Shown: one piece after another, positions 7,232 through 15,367 of the stretch
Numbering within the stretch: the first letter of the stretch is position 1
How the letters are laid out: each line of letters opens with the position of its first letter
Assembly: GCF_048594985.1 (NCBI RefSeq)
Contig: NZ_JBMDXG010000348.1
Span: forward strand, 1 to 46,278
Direction: 5' to 3'
DNA: 46,278 bases
Origin: Sphingomonas sp.
GTDB taxonomy: Bacteria > Pseudomonadota > Alphaproteobacteria > Sphingomonadales > Sphingomonadaceae
Position numbers and translations under genes: made by a program
The notes under the pieces: generated by a model
Databases searched by the model: none
What the model saw: the letters and a program-made list of their open reading frames with translations, nothing else
Told to the model about the DNA's origin: nothing

Positions 7232-8337
7232 CCTCCCTTTCCGAAGCCGAGCATCGCGCGCTTCTCGTCGATGCTCAGGAAGTCCGCCGCCGTGACCTGC
7301 GCCCACAAGGCGGCGCGGTCGGCCGCCAGCGCGGGCACCGCGTCGAGATCGATCGCGAGGGTCAGCCCCGGCCACCATGCGCCAAGCGCCGCCGCCAGCC
7401 CGCTCACGATCTTGCCCGCCAGCGGCACGATCGTCAGGCGATACAGCGCGCGGTTCGCCTCCGAGTAATTGGCATAGGTATTGTCGCCCGGCAGGCCGAG
7501 CAGCATCGGCGGCACACCGAAGGCGAGCGCGATCTCGCGCGCCGCCGCCGCCTTCAGCCCGACGAAATCCATGTCGGCGGGCGTCAGGCTCATCGCCTGC
7601 CACTTCAGCCCGCCTTCGAGCAGCATCGGCCGCCCGGCATTGGCCGCGCCCGAAAATTCCGCGTCCATCTGCCCGCGCAGCCGATCGAACTGCTCGGCCG
7701 ACAGCGCCGCGCCTTCGCCCGCCTCATAGACCAGCGCCCCCGACGGCCGCGCCGCATTGTCGAGCAAGGCCTTGTTCCAGCGCGCCGCCGCATTGTGGAC
7801 CGCGACCGCGCCCGCCGCCGCGCCCAGCGCGCCCACGCCATAATGGTCGTCGGCCGGGTTCAGCGCGCGGATGTGCGCCAGCGCCGGCCGCCCCGCGCCG
7901 TCGTGCGCGGGCAGTCGCATCGCCGCCTCGCCCGCGCGGTAGAGATAGGCGGCGGGCCAGCCGCGCGCGTCGGGCTCGATCGTCACCCGCTCGGGCCGCA
8001 GCGCGAACAGTTCGGCCGGCACCCCGTCGGCATCGCCCGCAATCTGCACGAACGCGTTGCCGTGGAGCAGGAGCTGTGCCGCGATCGTTTCGATCAAGTC
8101 CGGCTGGCGCAGCAAAACCGCCGCCGCGTCGTGCGCATCGTCCTGCGCATAGACCGGCAATGCGCCCGCCCCCTCCGCCACGATCCGGACCGCGCGCTGC
8201 GCGATCGGGTTGGCGAGATAGGCGTCGCGCAGCTGGCCGTCATAGGATCGCGGCCAGTCGCCGCGCACCGCCCCGCCCGCCGGACGCACCAGGGCCGGCC
8301 GCGCTGGTACGGCCGGCCGCTTCCCGAACAATCGCAT
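7228..8337 (-). CDS. Portal protein, HK97 family (GTA g3)
   Basis: LLLHGNAFV, WNKALLDNAARPSGAL, LLEGGLKWQAMSLTPADMDF, FGVPPMLLGLPGDNTYANYSEANRA; GAGGAG RBS before ATG 8337. Confidence 0.95.
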   Translation of the reverse strand: MRLFGKRPAVPARPALVRPAGGAVRGDWPRSYDGQLRDAYLANPIAQRAVRIVAEGAGALPVYAQDDAHDAAAVLLRQPDLIETIAAQLLLHGNAFVQIAGDADGVPAELFALRPERVTIEPDARGWPAAYLYRAGEAAMRLPAHDGAGRPALAHIRALNPADDHYGVGALGAAAGAVAVHNAAARWNKALLDNAARPSGALVYEAGEGAALSAEQFDRLRGQMDAEFSGAANAGRPMLLEGGLKWQAMSLTPADMDFVGLKAAAAREIALAFGVPPMLLGLPGDNTYANYSEANRALYRLTIVPLAGKIVSGLAAALGAWWPGLTLAIDLDAVPALAADRAALWAQVTAADFLSIDEKRAMLGFGKGG

Positions 8338-8390
8338 AATCTCTCCTCGAATTTGGTGTCCGGCCAGGCGTACACCGCCCGCGCCACCCC

Positions 8391-8417
8391 CCGTTCGGGC
8401 TGAGCCTGTCGAAGCCC
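8391..8417. repeat. 27-nt REP-like hairpin, copy 1
   Basis: CCGTTCGGGCTGAGCCTGTCGAAGCCC in the terL-portal gap. Confidence 0.85.
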
Positions 8418-8435
8418 CGACCTCGTCTCCGCACG

Positions 8436-9773
8436 TCAGATTCGCCGAATCGCGGGCTCGACCCTCTTCTTGTCCAGCATCAGCGCGGTCAGCGCCCACA
8501 CCAACGCATCCGCCCGGTCGGGCGATCGTCCCGGCCCCTCATAGCCGCCGCCGATCATCAGCCCGGCCAGCTCGTCCTCCAGCGCTGGGAACGCGCCCAC
8601 ATGGAACACCCGCTTGCACTGGTAGAGCATCATCACCGGCTCGGCGCGTGCCACCTTGCCCTGGCTGGCATGGACCAACGTCACCGGCAGCGTATCGTCC
8701 GCCGCGCGCAGCACGCTTTCGACCATCGCCCCGCCATTGTTCGCCTCGGCCACGATCCGGTCGGCGCGCCAGCGGTGCGCGGCCGCCGCGACCGCCGCCG
8801 CCCATCCTTCGGGCGAAGCGCCCTGCACGCTCGCATCGTCGATCACATGACCACAACCTGCCGGGTCGAGCGCGACCGTGACGATCCCGCACGCATCGCT
8901 TCCCGCGCCCGCGCCGGCCGGCGGGTCGACCCCGATCACCACGCGCCGCATCTCGGTCGGCCCGGCGTTACGCCGCTGCCGCTCGATCAGGTCGCGGCTC
9001 CACAAGGCGCCCTCGATCTCCTCCAGCAGCTCGCCGTCCAGTTCCTGCCGGCCGAGCTGCGTGCCCGCGTAGGTTTCCGTCATCCGTGCGATGAAATCGG
9101 GCGACAGGTGCGCGCGATTCTCGCGCATCCTTCCGCGCGTCACCACGCTGTCGTTGGCCGCGATCAGGCGGCGGACCAGGTTCACCGGGCGCGGCGTGGT
9201 GGTCGCCACCGTGCGCGGCCGCTCGCCCAGCCGCAGCCCCATCGCCAGATTGTCCCAGGTCGCGTCCGCCGCCGGCCATTTCCCGATCTCGTCGCACCAG
9301 GCGAGATGGTGCTGCGCCCCACGCAGCGCCTCGGGCTCGCTCGCCGCGAACAACTGGGCGCGCGCGCCGTTGGGCCAGGTCAGCCGGCGCAGCGACGGTT
9401 CGAACTTGGGCCGCGCGTCGGGCGGCGCGATCGTCGACAGGCCGCTATCGCCCTCGACCATCACCGCGCGCGCCTCGGCCAAGGTCGCCGCCACCAGCGC
9501 GATGCGCAGCGATCCGTCCGCCTCGGCTTGGCCGCGCACCCATTCCGCCCCCGCCCTCGTCTTGCCGAAGCCGCGCCCCGCCAGGATCAGCCACGTCCGC
9601 CAGTCGCCCCCGGGCGGCAGCTGTTCCGCGCGCGCCCATTGCGTCCAGTCGTGGGCAAAGGCGCGGAAAAAGGCCGCGTCATGCGCCCTGGTCCACGCCT
9701 CGCCCATCTGTCCCCAGTCGAGCGCCAGCCGCTCCACCGGCGACAGGCCGGCGGTGTGTTCGATCCTCTCCAT
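8436..9773 (-). CDS. Terminase large subunit (GTA g2)
   Basis: Walker A AGRGFGKT, Walker B AWCDE, TTTPR, nuclease VIGVDP and SPDRADALVWA. Start at ATG 9773 or 9785. Confidence 0.95.
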   Translation of the reverse strand: MERIEHTAGLSPVERLALDWGQMGEAWTRAHDAAFFRAFAHDWTQWARAEQLPPGGDWRTWLILAGRGFGKTRAGAEWVRGQAEADGSLRIALVAATLAEARAVMVEGDSGLSTIAPPDARPKFEPSLRRLTWPNGARAQLFAASEPEALRGAQHHLAWCDEIGKWPAADATWDNLAMGLRLGERPRTVATTTPRPVNLVRRLIAANDSVVTRGRMRENRAHLSPDFIARMTETYAGTQLGRQELDGELLEEIEGALWSRDLIERQRRNAGPTEMRRVVIGVDPPAGAGAGSDACGIVTVALDPAGCGHVIDDASVQGASPEGWAAAVAAAAHRWRADRIVAEANNGGAMVESVLRAADDTLPVTLVHASQGKVARAEPVMMLYQCKRVFHVGAFPALEDELAGLMIGGGYEGPGRSPDRADALVWALTALMLDKKRVEPAIRRI

Positions 9774-9844
9774 CCGCCCCCGCATGTTTTCGTGTGATAG
9801 GCTCTGGCAGAATGCGGACTGGCGCCACGCCGCCCCATCCCAAT

Positions 9845-9871
9845 CCGTTCGTGCTGAGCCTGTCGAAGCAC
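9845..9871. repeat. 27-nt REP-like hairpin, copy 2
   Basis: CCGTTCGTGCTGAGCCTGTCGAAGCAC upstream of terL. Confidence 0.85.
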
Positions 9872-9961
9872 CGCTTTTCACCTTGGCGACGCGGATGCCG
9901 AACGCATGGCGCCACCCCGACAGGCGCAATGCGAACGGAAGATCCGGCCGCCGATTTGAGG

Positions 9962-10327
9962 CTAGCCTTCGACTGCCGCCAGCTTGGCGACGACCCGCGC
10001 CGCGAGCGCATCGTTTGCGGCCGCCAGCCGCTGGTCGCCCTCGCCCTGCGCGACGCCGCTTGCCATTACCGCCGCGCGCCCGGCCATCAGGGCCGCATGG
10101 CCGCGCAGCAGGTCGGCGGCGGCACGCGCGGCGGCGCTTCGCGTCATCAGCTTATTGTCCACCGCCGTCTCCGCCGCGCCCGCCGCCGCCGCGAAGGCCA
10201 GCTCGGCCGCGCGCAGCCCGCCGGCAATCACCGCGCCGGAGGTCGGGGTCGGCAGGCCGCCCGGCGCACGGCATCCGCCCGCCAGCAACGCCGTCGCCGC
10301 GAGCATCGCGAATCCCCGCTTAGCCAT
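9962..10327 (-). CDS. Ala-rich helical lipoprotein (candidate lysis accessory)
   Basis: MAKRGFAMLAATALLAGGC lipoprotein signal; overlaps the holin-like gene by 8 nt. Confidence 0.65.
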   Translation of the reverse strand: MAKRGFAMLAATALLAGGCRAPGGLPTPTSGAVIAGGLRAAELAFAAAAGAAETAVDNKLMTRSAAARAAADLLRGHAALMAGRAAVMASGVAQGEGDQRLAAANDALAARVVAKLAAVEG

Positions 10328-10535
10328 CGCGGCCGATCCGCGTGGTGGCGCGCAACCGCCCGACGATCGCGACCATCGCGAGCACGGCGGACAGCAGTTG
10401 CACCGCTCCGTCCATCGCCTGTCCCGCCACCGCCGGATCGACCGCCACGCCCAGCGCCGCCAACAGGCTGACCAGCGCCGACAGCCCCGCCGACACCACC
10501 GTCAGCGACCGTATCGCAGGCTTGCTTCCGTCCAT
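10320..10535 (-). CDS. Holin-like 2-TM protein (71 aa)
   Basis: MDGSKPAIRSLTVV-TM-loop-TM-IVGRLRATTRIG, with a basic C-terminus; GGGAG RBS. Confidence 0.65.
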   Translation of the reverse strand: MDGSKPAIRSLTVVSAGLSALVSLLAALGVAVDPAVAGQAMDGAVQLLSAVLAMVAIVGRLRATTRIGRDG

Positions 10536-10552
10536 CCTCTGTCTCCCGCATG

Positions 10553-10586
10553 AAAAAGCCCGGCGGGATGGATGGTCCCGCCGGGC
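10553..10586 (-). terminator. Intrinsic terminator immediately upstream of the holin-like gene
   Basis: Minus strand GCCCGGCGGGA-7 nt-TCCCGCCGGGC-TTTTT (perfect 11-bp stem). Confidence 0.8.
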
Positions 10587-10592
10587 ACGATT

Positions 10593-10637
10593 CTCCCCGG
10601 CATGGGGGAGGTGGCAGGCCACCGGCCTGACGAGGGG
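10593..10637. repeat. Second palindromic REP-like element (CTCCCC...GGGGAG-GTGG-CAGGCC..GGCCTG-ACGAGGGG)
   Basis: Two tandem hairpins. Resembles from memory a common alphaproteobacterial intergenic repeat; single copy in this window. Confidence 0.5.
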
Positions 10638-10766
10638 CGCCCGACCGGACGCCCCTTCTGGAATTGTCGGTATTGGCCCTGACCGACGCCTTTCCGAGCG
10701 ACCGGCAGGCATCCGGAGGACCACGCGACGGCCCGGAGCCGGTCGATCCTCAGCTGACCGCGCCGA

Positions 10767-10793
10767 CCGTTCGTGCTGAGCTTGTCGAAGCAC
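10767..10793. repeat. 27-nt REP-like hairpin, copy 3
   Basis: CCGTTCGTGCTGAGCTTGTCGAAGCAC downstream of the terS-like gene. Confidence 0.85.
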
Positions 10794-10860
10794 GGTCTTC
10801 GCCGTGGCGACGCCCGTGCGAGCGAGGCCGATCATCGATCTGCCCCCCCTCGGCCGACCG

Positions 10861-11553
10861 CTATTCCTCCAGACCCATCCGCCGGCGCATGCCTTTGAAG
10901 CGCCTGTCCCAATGCGCGCGCCATTCGTCCGTCGACATGTCGTGCGCCGGCACGCCCGCATCGCGCACCGCGCCGCGATGCTGGGCGAGGAGGGCAAGCG
11001 CGGTCCGGTCCGAATATTCGGTCATCGTCCCCACCCGCTTGCCGCCATACCAGACCGACTTGCGCACCCCGTTGAGCGCGCGGTCGAGCATCATCGCCTC
11101 CAGTCGCTCGAACCCTTCGGCGAGCGCCGCCGCCCAGCGGCCGCGGAACCCCTCGTCGCACTGGCGATGGCGATAGACGTTGCTGTCCGACAGGCCCGAT
11201 GCGCGTACCGCCGCCGCGACCTTGGCGGTCTGCGCCAGCGTCTCCAGGAAGATCCGCTCGCGCCGCGCGCTCCATGCGATCCGCTTGGGCTTGCGCTTGC
11301 GCGCCGCCTTCTTGGGCTTTGCGCTTTTCCTACCCTCCTTCGGCCCGGCTCCGGTCGCCATCCCCTCGCCGATCTCCGCGCCGACGACATCCTCGATCCC
11401 CGCTCCGGTTTCGCCCCCGCTTACCGCATCCGCCTCGGGCGCAATCCCGGTCCCCGCTTGAGCCTCCGCCCAAGCGCCGACGCTGCCCGCCGTCTCGCCA
11501 TTCGCCTCGTCTCGGCGCACGGCCTTGGCCGACGCATCCGCCTCCTGTGTCAT
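10861..11553 (-). CDS. Putative terminase small subunit-like protein (first GTA gene) with an acidic, low-complexity N-terminus
   Basis: WSARRERIFLETLAQTAKVAAAVRASGLSDSNVYRHR (HTH-like), FRGRWAAALAEGFERLE...RALNGV...EYSDR; position upstream of terL. Confidence 0.65.
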   Translation of the reverse strand: MTQEADASAKAVRRDEANGETAGSVGAWAEAQAGTGIAPEADAVSGGETGAGIEDVVGAEIGEGMATGAGPKEGRKSAKPKKAARKRKPKRIAWSARRERIFLETLAQTAKVAAAVRASGLSDSNVYRHRQCDEGFRGRWAAALAEGFERLEAMMLDRALNGVRKSVWYGGKRVGTMTEYSDRTALALLAQHRGAVRDAGVPAHDMSTDEWRAHWDRRFKGMRRRMGLEE

Positions 11554-11585
11554 TCCGCCGCCTCGCTCGATCCGCCGAGGACACG

Positions 11586-11617
11586 AAAAAGGCCGGCGAT
11601 CTCGCGATCGTCCGGCC
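11586..11617 (-). terminator. Leader terminator between the GTA promoter and the first gene
   Basis: Minus strand GGCCGG(A)CGATC-GCGA-GATCGCCGGCC-TTTTT. Confidence 0.75.
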
Positions 11618-11658
11618 CGGTGCCGATCCCGTCGGCTACACTTCCTCAGCGTTCCTGC

Positions 11659-11687
11659 CTTATGCACGAACAGCGGCGCGATGTCAA
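11659..11687 (-). promoter_or_regulatory. Putative sigma70 promoter of the GTA cluster
   Basis: TTGACA (11687-11682), 17-nt spacer, CATAAG (11664-11659); A-rich tract just upstream. Confidence 0.7.
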
Positions 11688-11692
11688 GCTTT

Positions 11693-11718
11693 GTTTTTGT
11701 TTTGATCTTATTATGTTC
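11693..11718. promoter_or_regulatory. Putative alphaproteobacterial LexA box(es)
   Basis: GTTT-N7-GATC-N7-GTTC compared with the consensus GTTC-N7-GTTC; AT-rich spacers; ends 5 nt upstream of the -35. Confidence 0.55.
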
Positions 11719-12900
11719 TCATTCCATCGCTGCCTCCAGCGCCTTTGCCAGATCGGCGATCAGGTCGTCCGTGTCCTCCAGCCCGATCTGCAGGCGGATC
11801 ATCGGCCCCGGCGACGCCCACGGCACCGCCGTCCGCGCGCGTTCGGGGTCGATCGGCAGCGCGAGGCTCTCATAACCGCCCCACGAAAAGCCGATCCCGA
11901 AATGGGTCAGCGCGTCGACCAGCCGGACCCGCGCCGCATCGTCGCCGCGTATCGCGAAGGCGAACAGCCCGGCGCTCCCCGCAAAATCGCGCGCCCACAG
12001 TTCGTGGCCCGGACAGCCGGGCAGCGCAGGGTGCAGCACCATCGCCACCAGCGGCTGCGCCTCCAGCCAGCGCGCGATCGCGACCGAACTCTCGCCATGC
12101 TGCTTCAGCCGCACGCCCATCGTCCTGAGGCCGCGCGCCGCCAGAAAGGCGTCGTCGGGCGCGACATGCTGGCCCAGCGCCTGCCCCATCCGCCGGATGC
12201 GTTCGAACACGCCCGGCACCGCGGTCGCCGATCCCAGCATCACGTCCGAATGGCCGACGACATATTTGGTGCAGGCGAGGATCGACACGTCGCAGCCATG
12301 CGCGATCGCCGGGAACAGCAACGGCGTCGCCCAGGTATTGTCGATCAGCGTCGTCACGCCGCGCGCCTTCGCCGCCGCGCAGATCGCGGGCACGTCCTGC
12401 ACCTCGAACGTCAGGCTGCCGGGGCTTTCGAGGAAAATGGCGCGCGTCCGTTCGGAGAACAGCGCGTCGATCGCGGCACCCCGCACGCCCGGATCGTAAT
12501 AGCGGGTCGTGACGCCGATCCGCGCGAGCATCCCGTCGCAGAAGACGCGCGTCGGCTCGTATGCCGTATCGACCATCAGCAATTCGTCACCCGGCTCCAG
12601 GAGCGCGAGCAGGGCGGTGGTGATCGCCGCCACGCCGGACGGATGGAGCGTGGTGCCCGCCGCCCCCGGTTCCAGTTCGGTCAGCGCGTCGGCCAGCGCC
12701 CATTGGGTCGGCGTGCCGCGCCGGCCGTAATACAGCCCCGCGTCGGGCTGGCGGATCGCCGCGCGCAAGGCCGCGACATCGTCGAACAGGATGGTCGATG
12801 CGCGCCATACCGGCGGGTTGACGATGCCCTGCGTCCACGCCTTGCGCCGCCCCGCCTCGACCAGCCGGGTGCCCGGCCTTTTGCCCTCATGCTCGCTCAT
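11719..12900 (-). CDS. metC: Cystathionine beta-lyase
   Basis: VNPPVWRASTILF, YYGRRGTPT, ESPGSLTFEVQD, PLP lysine in CTKYVVGHSD, GFSWGGYESL. Confidence 0.93.
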   Translation of the reverse strand: MSEHEGKRPGTRLVEAGRRKAWTQGIVNPPVWRASTILFDDVAALRAAIRQPDAGLYYGRRGTPTQWALADALTELEPGAAGTTLHPSGVAAITTALLALLEPGDELLMVDTAYEPTRVFCDGMLARIGVTTRYYDPGVRGAAIDALFSERTRAIFLESPGSLTFEVQDVPAICAAAKARGVTTLIDNTWATPLLFPAIAHGCDVSILACTKYVVGHSDVMLGSATAVPGVFERIRRMGQALGQHVAPDDAFLAARGLRTMGVRLKQHGESSVAIARWLEAQPLVAMVLHPALPGCPGHELWARDFAGSAGLFAFAIRGDDAARVRLVDALTHFGIGFSWGGYESLALPIDPERARTAVPWASPGPMIRLQIGLEDTDDLIADLAKALEAAME

Positions 12901-12910
12901 GGCATGGGGC

Positions 12911-14464
12911 CTAATATCCGCCGGCCTCCGCGTCGAGGTGCGCGAGGAAGCCGGCCGCCTGAGCGCGGATCGCCGCCTGCGTCGCGTCGTCGAACCGGTC
13001 CCAGTTTCGATACGGCCCGCGCATTCGCTGATTGCCCGCGAACCGCTCGCGATGCCGCGCGAGAAAATCCCAGTAGAGCGCGTTGAACGGGCAGGCATCG
13101 GGCCCGGTCCGCTGTTTCACGTCGTAGCGGCACTGCCCGCAATAATCCGACATCCGGTCGATATAGGCCCCTGACGAGATATACGGCTTCGACGCGATGA
13201 TCCCGCCGTCGCCAAACTGGCTCATGCCGAGCGTGTTGGGCAGCTCGACCCACTCATAGGCGTCGAGGTAGATTTCCAGATACCAGCGATGCACCTCGGC
13301 CGGATCGGCGCCGATCAGCAGCGCGAAATTGCCCGTTACCATCAGCCGCTGGATGTGGTGCGCGTGCGCGGTCGCCAGCGTCTGCCCGATCGTCTCGCGC
13401 AGGCAGAACAGGTCGGTCTCCCCGCTCCAGTAGAAAGCGGGCAGCGCGCGCCGATGGTCGAGCGCGTTGCGCGCGACGTAATCCGGCCCCTCGCGCCAGT
13501 AGATGCCGCGCATATATTCGCGCCAGCCGAGGATCTGGCGGATATAGCCCTCGGCCGAATTGAGCGGCGCGCGCCCGGCGCGATACTCCGCCTCCGCGCG
13601 CCGGCACAGATCGAGCGGATCGAGCAGTCCCGAATTGAGGTAGGGCGACAGGATCGAGTGCCACAAATGGCGCTCGCCGGTCAGCATCGCATCCTCGTAC
13701 GGCCCGAATTCGGGCAAAGCGTGCGCGAAGAAGGCGTCGGCTTGGCGTTCGGCGTCGGCGCGGGTCACCGCATAGACGAAGCCGTCGAGGCTGCCCGGAT
13801 GATCGGCGAAGCGCGCCGCGACCAGCGCCAGCACCTCCTCCGTCACCACATCGGGCGTGAACGACAGCGGGCGCGGCATCAGCAGGTCGGCCTTGGCCGG
13901 CTTGCGATTCTCCGTATCGTAATTCCACCGCCCGCCTTCGGGCTCGCCCTCGGGTGTCATCAACAGCCCGGTCCTGACGCGCATCGAGCGGTAGAAATAT
14001 TCCATCCGCAGCTCGCGGCGTCCCTCTGCCCAGGCGTCGAACTCGGCGTGACGGGCGAGGAACCGGTCGTCGGGGCAGATCTCGACCGGCAGCCCGAACA
14101 ATGTCTCCCAGCTTTCGAGCATCGCCTGCACGCGCCACTCGCCTGCCTCGGTCGCGACGATCCGGTCGGGCGCATGCCGCGCGACCGCGCGCGCCACCTC
14201 CCCGGTGAAGCTGCCTTGATTGTCGGGATCGTCCAGCGGGACATAATCGACCCGCCACCCTTCGGCCCGCAGCGCTTCGGCATGATGCCGCATGGCCGAC
14301 AGGATATAGGCGATCTTCGCCTTGTGGTGGCGGGCATAGCCCGTCTCTTCCGCCACCTCCATCATCAGGATGACCGTGGAACCCGGATCGGCCCCGGCCA
14401 GCGATGACAGGCCGAGCGAGAGTTGGTCGCCGAGGACAGGCGCGAGCGTAATCACGCCAGACAC
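12911..14464 (-). CDS. Cryptochrome/photolyase, FeS-BCP (PhrB/CryB-like, probable 6-4 photolyase)
   Basis: LGDQL, HHKAKI, MEYFYR, GGRWNYD.ENRK, HHIQRLM, and C-terminal Cys cluster SDYCGQC...ACPFN. Confidence 0.9.
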   Translation of the reverse strand: MSGVITLAPVLGDQLSLGLSSLAGADPGSTVILMMEVAEETGYARHHKAKIAYILSAMRHHAEALRAEGWRVDYVPLDDPDNQGSFTGEVARAVARHAPDRIVATEAGEWRVQAMLESWETLFGLPVEICPDDRFLARHAEFDAWAEGRRELRMEYFYRSMRVRTGLLMTPEGEPEGGRWNYDTENRKPAKADLLMPRPLSFTPDVVTEEVLALVAARFADHPGSLDGFVYAVTRADAERQADAFFAHALPEFGPYEDAMLTGERHLWHSILSPYLNSGLLDPLDLCRRAEAEYRAGRAPLNSAEGYIRQILGWREYMRGIYWREGPDYVARNALDHRRALPAFYWSGETDLFCLRETIGQTLATAHAHHIQRLMVTGNFALLIGADPAEVHRWYLEIYLDAYEWVELPNTLGMSQFGDGGIIASKPYISSGAYIDRMSDYCGQCRYDVKQRTGPDACPFNALYWDFLARHRERFAGNQRMRGPYRNWDRFDDATQAAIRAQAAGFLAHLDAEAGGY

Positions 14465-14509
14465 CTGATCCCGATTTGTTCCCGTGTCGAGTCCGCGCCG
14501 ATCCGGGAC

Positions 14510-14812
14510 TTAACCGCTTCTCTTTTGTCCGAGCAGCTTGCGGCGAAGGAAATAGCCCAGGGTGACAAAGAGCAGGCCGCCGCCACCCAACAAAGATGTG
14601 GTCAGCAAAACCTCGTCGGTGGTGGCCGGCAGGCCCGTATCGTTGTTTTCGATCGCAACGCCGTATCCGAAATGCGCGACGGACATGGCAAGGCCGAGCA
14701 ACGCGATCAGCGAACCCGCGACCATCCATGTGCGCGCAATCCGCAACCCCACGGTCGGATTTCTGGAGAATATGTTGAAAACCCCGCGGGGTTTAACGGG
14801 CGGCGCGTTCAT
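14510..14812 (-). CDS. Hypothetical 2-TM membrane protein
   Basis: Two hydrophobic segments and a basic tail; lower GC than its neighbours. Confidence 0.55.
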   Translation of the reverse strand: MNAPPVKPRGVFNIFSRNPTVGLRIARTWMVAGSLIALLGLAMSVAHFGYGVAIENNDTGLPATTDEVLLTTSLLGGGGLLFVTLGYFLRRKLLGQKRSG

Positions 14813-14896
14813 GCATGCCCTGTGCCCCGCCGCGGCGACGTCCGCAACCGCCCCTTGCCGGATGACGAACGCCGCCTGCTCGCCTACATGGCGGCC

Positions 14897-15343
14897 ATGT
14901 CTATCACGCATCTCGGCCAGACGTCGCCGCTGCCCGCCTCGCCCGAGGCGGCGGTGCTCGATTACGTCCCCAACCCGCGCCCCGGCCGGCCCTATCTGGT
15001 CCGCTTCACCGCGCCCGAAGTCACCTCGCTCTGCCCGGTCACCGGCCAGCCCGATTTCGCGCATCTCGTGATCGATTACGCGCCCGCCGCGACGATTGTC
15101 GAATCGAAATCACTCAAGCTGTTCCTGGGATCGTTCCGCAACCATGCCGCGTTCCACGAGGATTGCACGGTCGGCATCGCCGAGCGTCTAGTGGCCGAAA
15201 TGCAGCCGGTCTGGCTGCGGATCGGCGGCTATTGGTATCCGCGCGGCGGCATCCCGATCGATGTCTTCTGGCAGTCGGGCGCCCCGCCCGAGGGGCTGTG
15301 GCTGCCGGATCAGGGCGTTCCCGGCTATCGCGGACGCGGCTGA
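14897..15343 (+). CDS. queF: PreQ1 synthase (NADPH-dependent 7-cyano-7-deazaguanine reductase, short type)
   Basis: [35 protein letters not shown]. Confidence 0.95.
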   Translation: MSITHLGQTSPLPASPEAAVLDYVPNPRPGRPYLVRFTAPEVTSLCPVTGQPDFAHLVIDYAPAATIVESKSLKLFLGSFRNHAAFHEDCTVGIAERLVAEMQPVWLRIGGYWYPRGGIPIDVFWQSGAPPEGLWLPDQGVPGYRGRG

Positions 15344-15367
15344 CCTGATGGAGGGATGAAGGAGATC

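Larger units (their letters stand above)
1..11718 (-). mobile_element. RcGTA-like gene transfer agent head-tail cluster with its promoter (runs off the left edge of the window)
   Basis: Collinear terminase-portal-protease-capsid-adaptor-stopper-terminator-tube-chaperones-short TMP-DUF2460 order. Mostly host-like GC and Ala/Gly-rich proteins. No integrase, replication or repressor gene is visible, and the cluster abuts metC directly. Confidence 0.9.

Noticed and set aside
8338-9929. N-terminal extensions of portal (from 8499) and terminase (from 9929) sharing ASTGSART
   Set aside because: The shared peptide is the translation of the intergenic hairpin repeat; the starts with an RBS lie downstream.
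8391-10793. CRISPR array or integron attC array from the 27-nt repeats
   Set aside because: Spacing is 0.9-1.45 kb with whole genes in between. No cas or intI gene, and no RYYYAAC/GTTRRRY ends.
1-11553. Intact temperate prophage
   Set aside because: No integrase, repressor, replication genes or att site at the visible boundary. The very short TMP and RcGTA gene order favour a GTA. The left end is not visible.
11554-11718. CtrA site at the GTA promoter
   Set aside because: No TTAA-N7-TTAA or TTAA half-site in this interval.
14813-14896. preQ1 riboswitch upstream of queF
   Set aside because: No recognisable preQ1 stem or A-rich tail in this short divergent gap.
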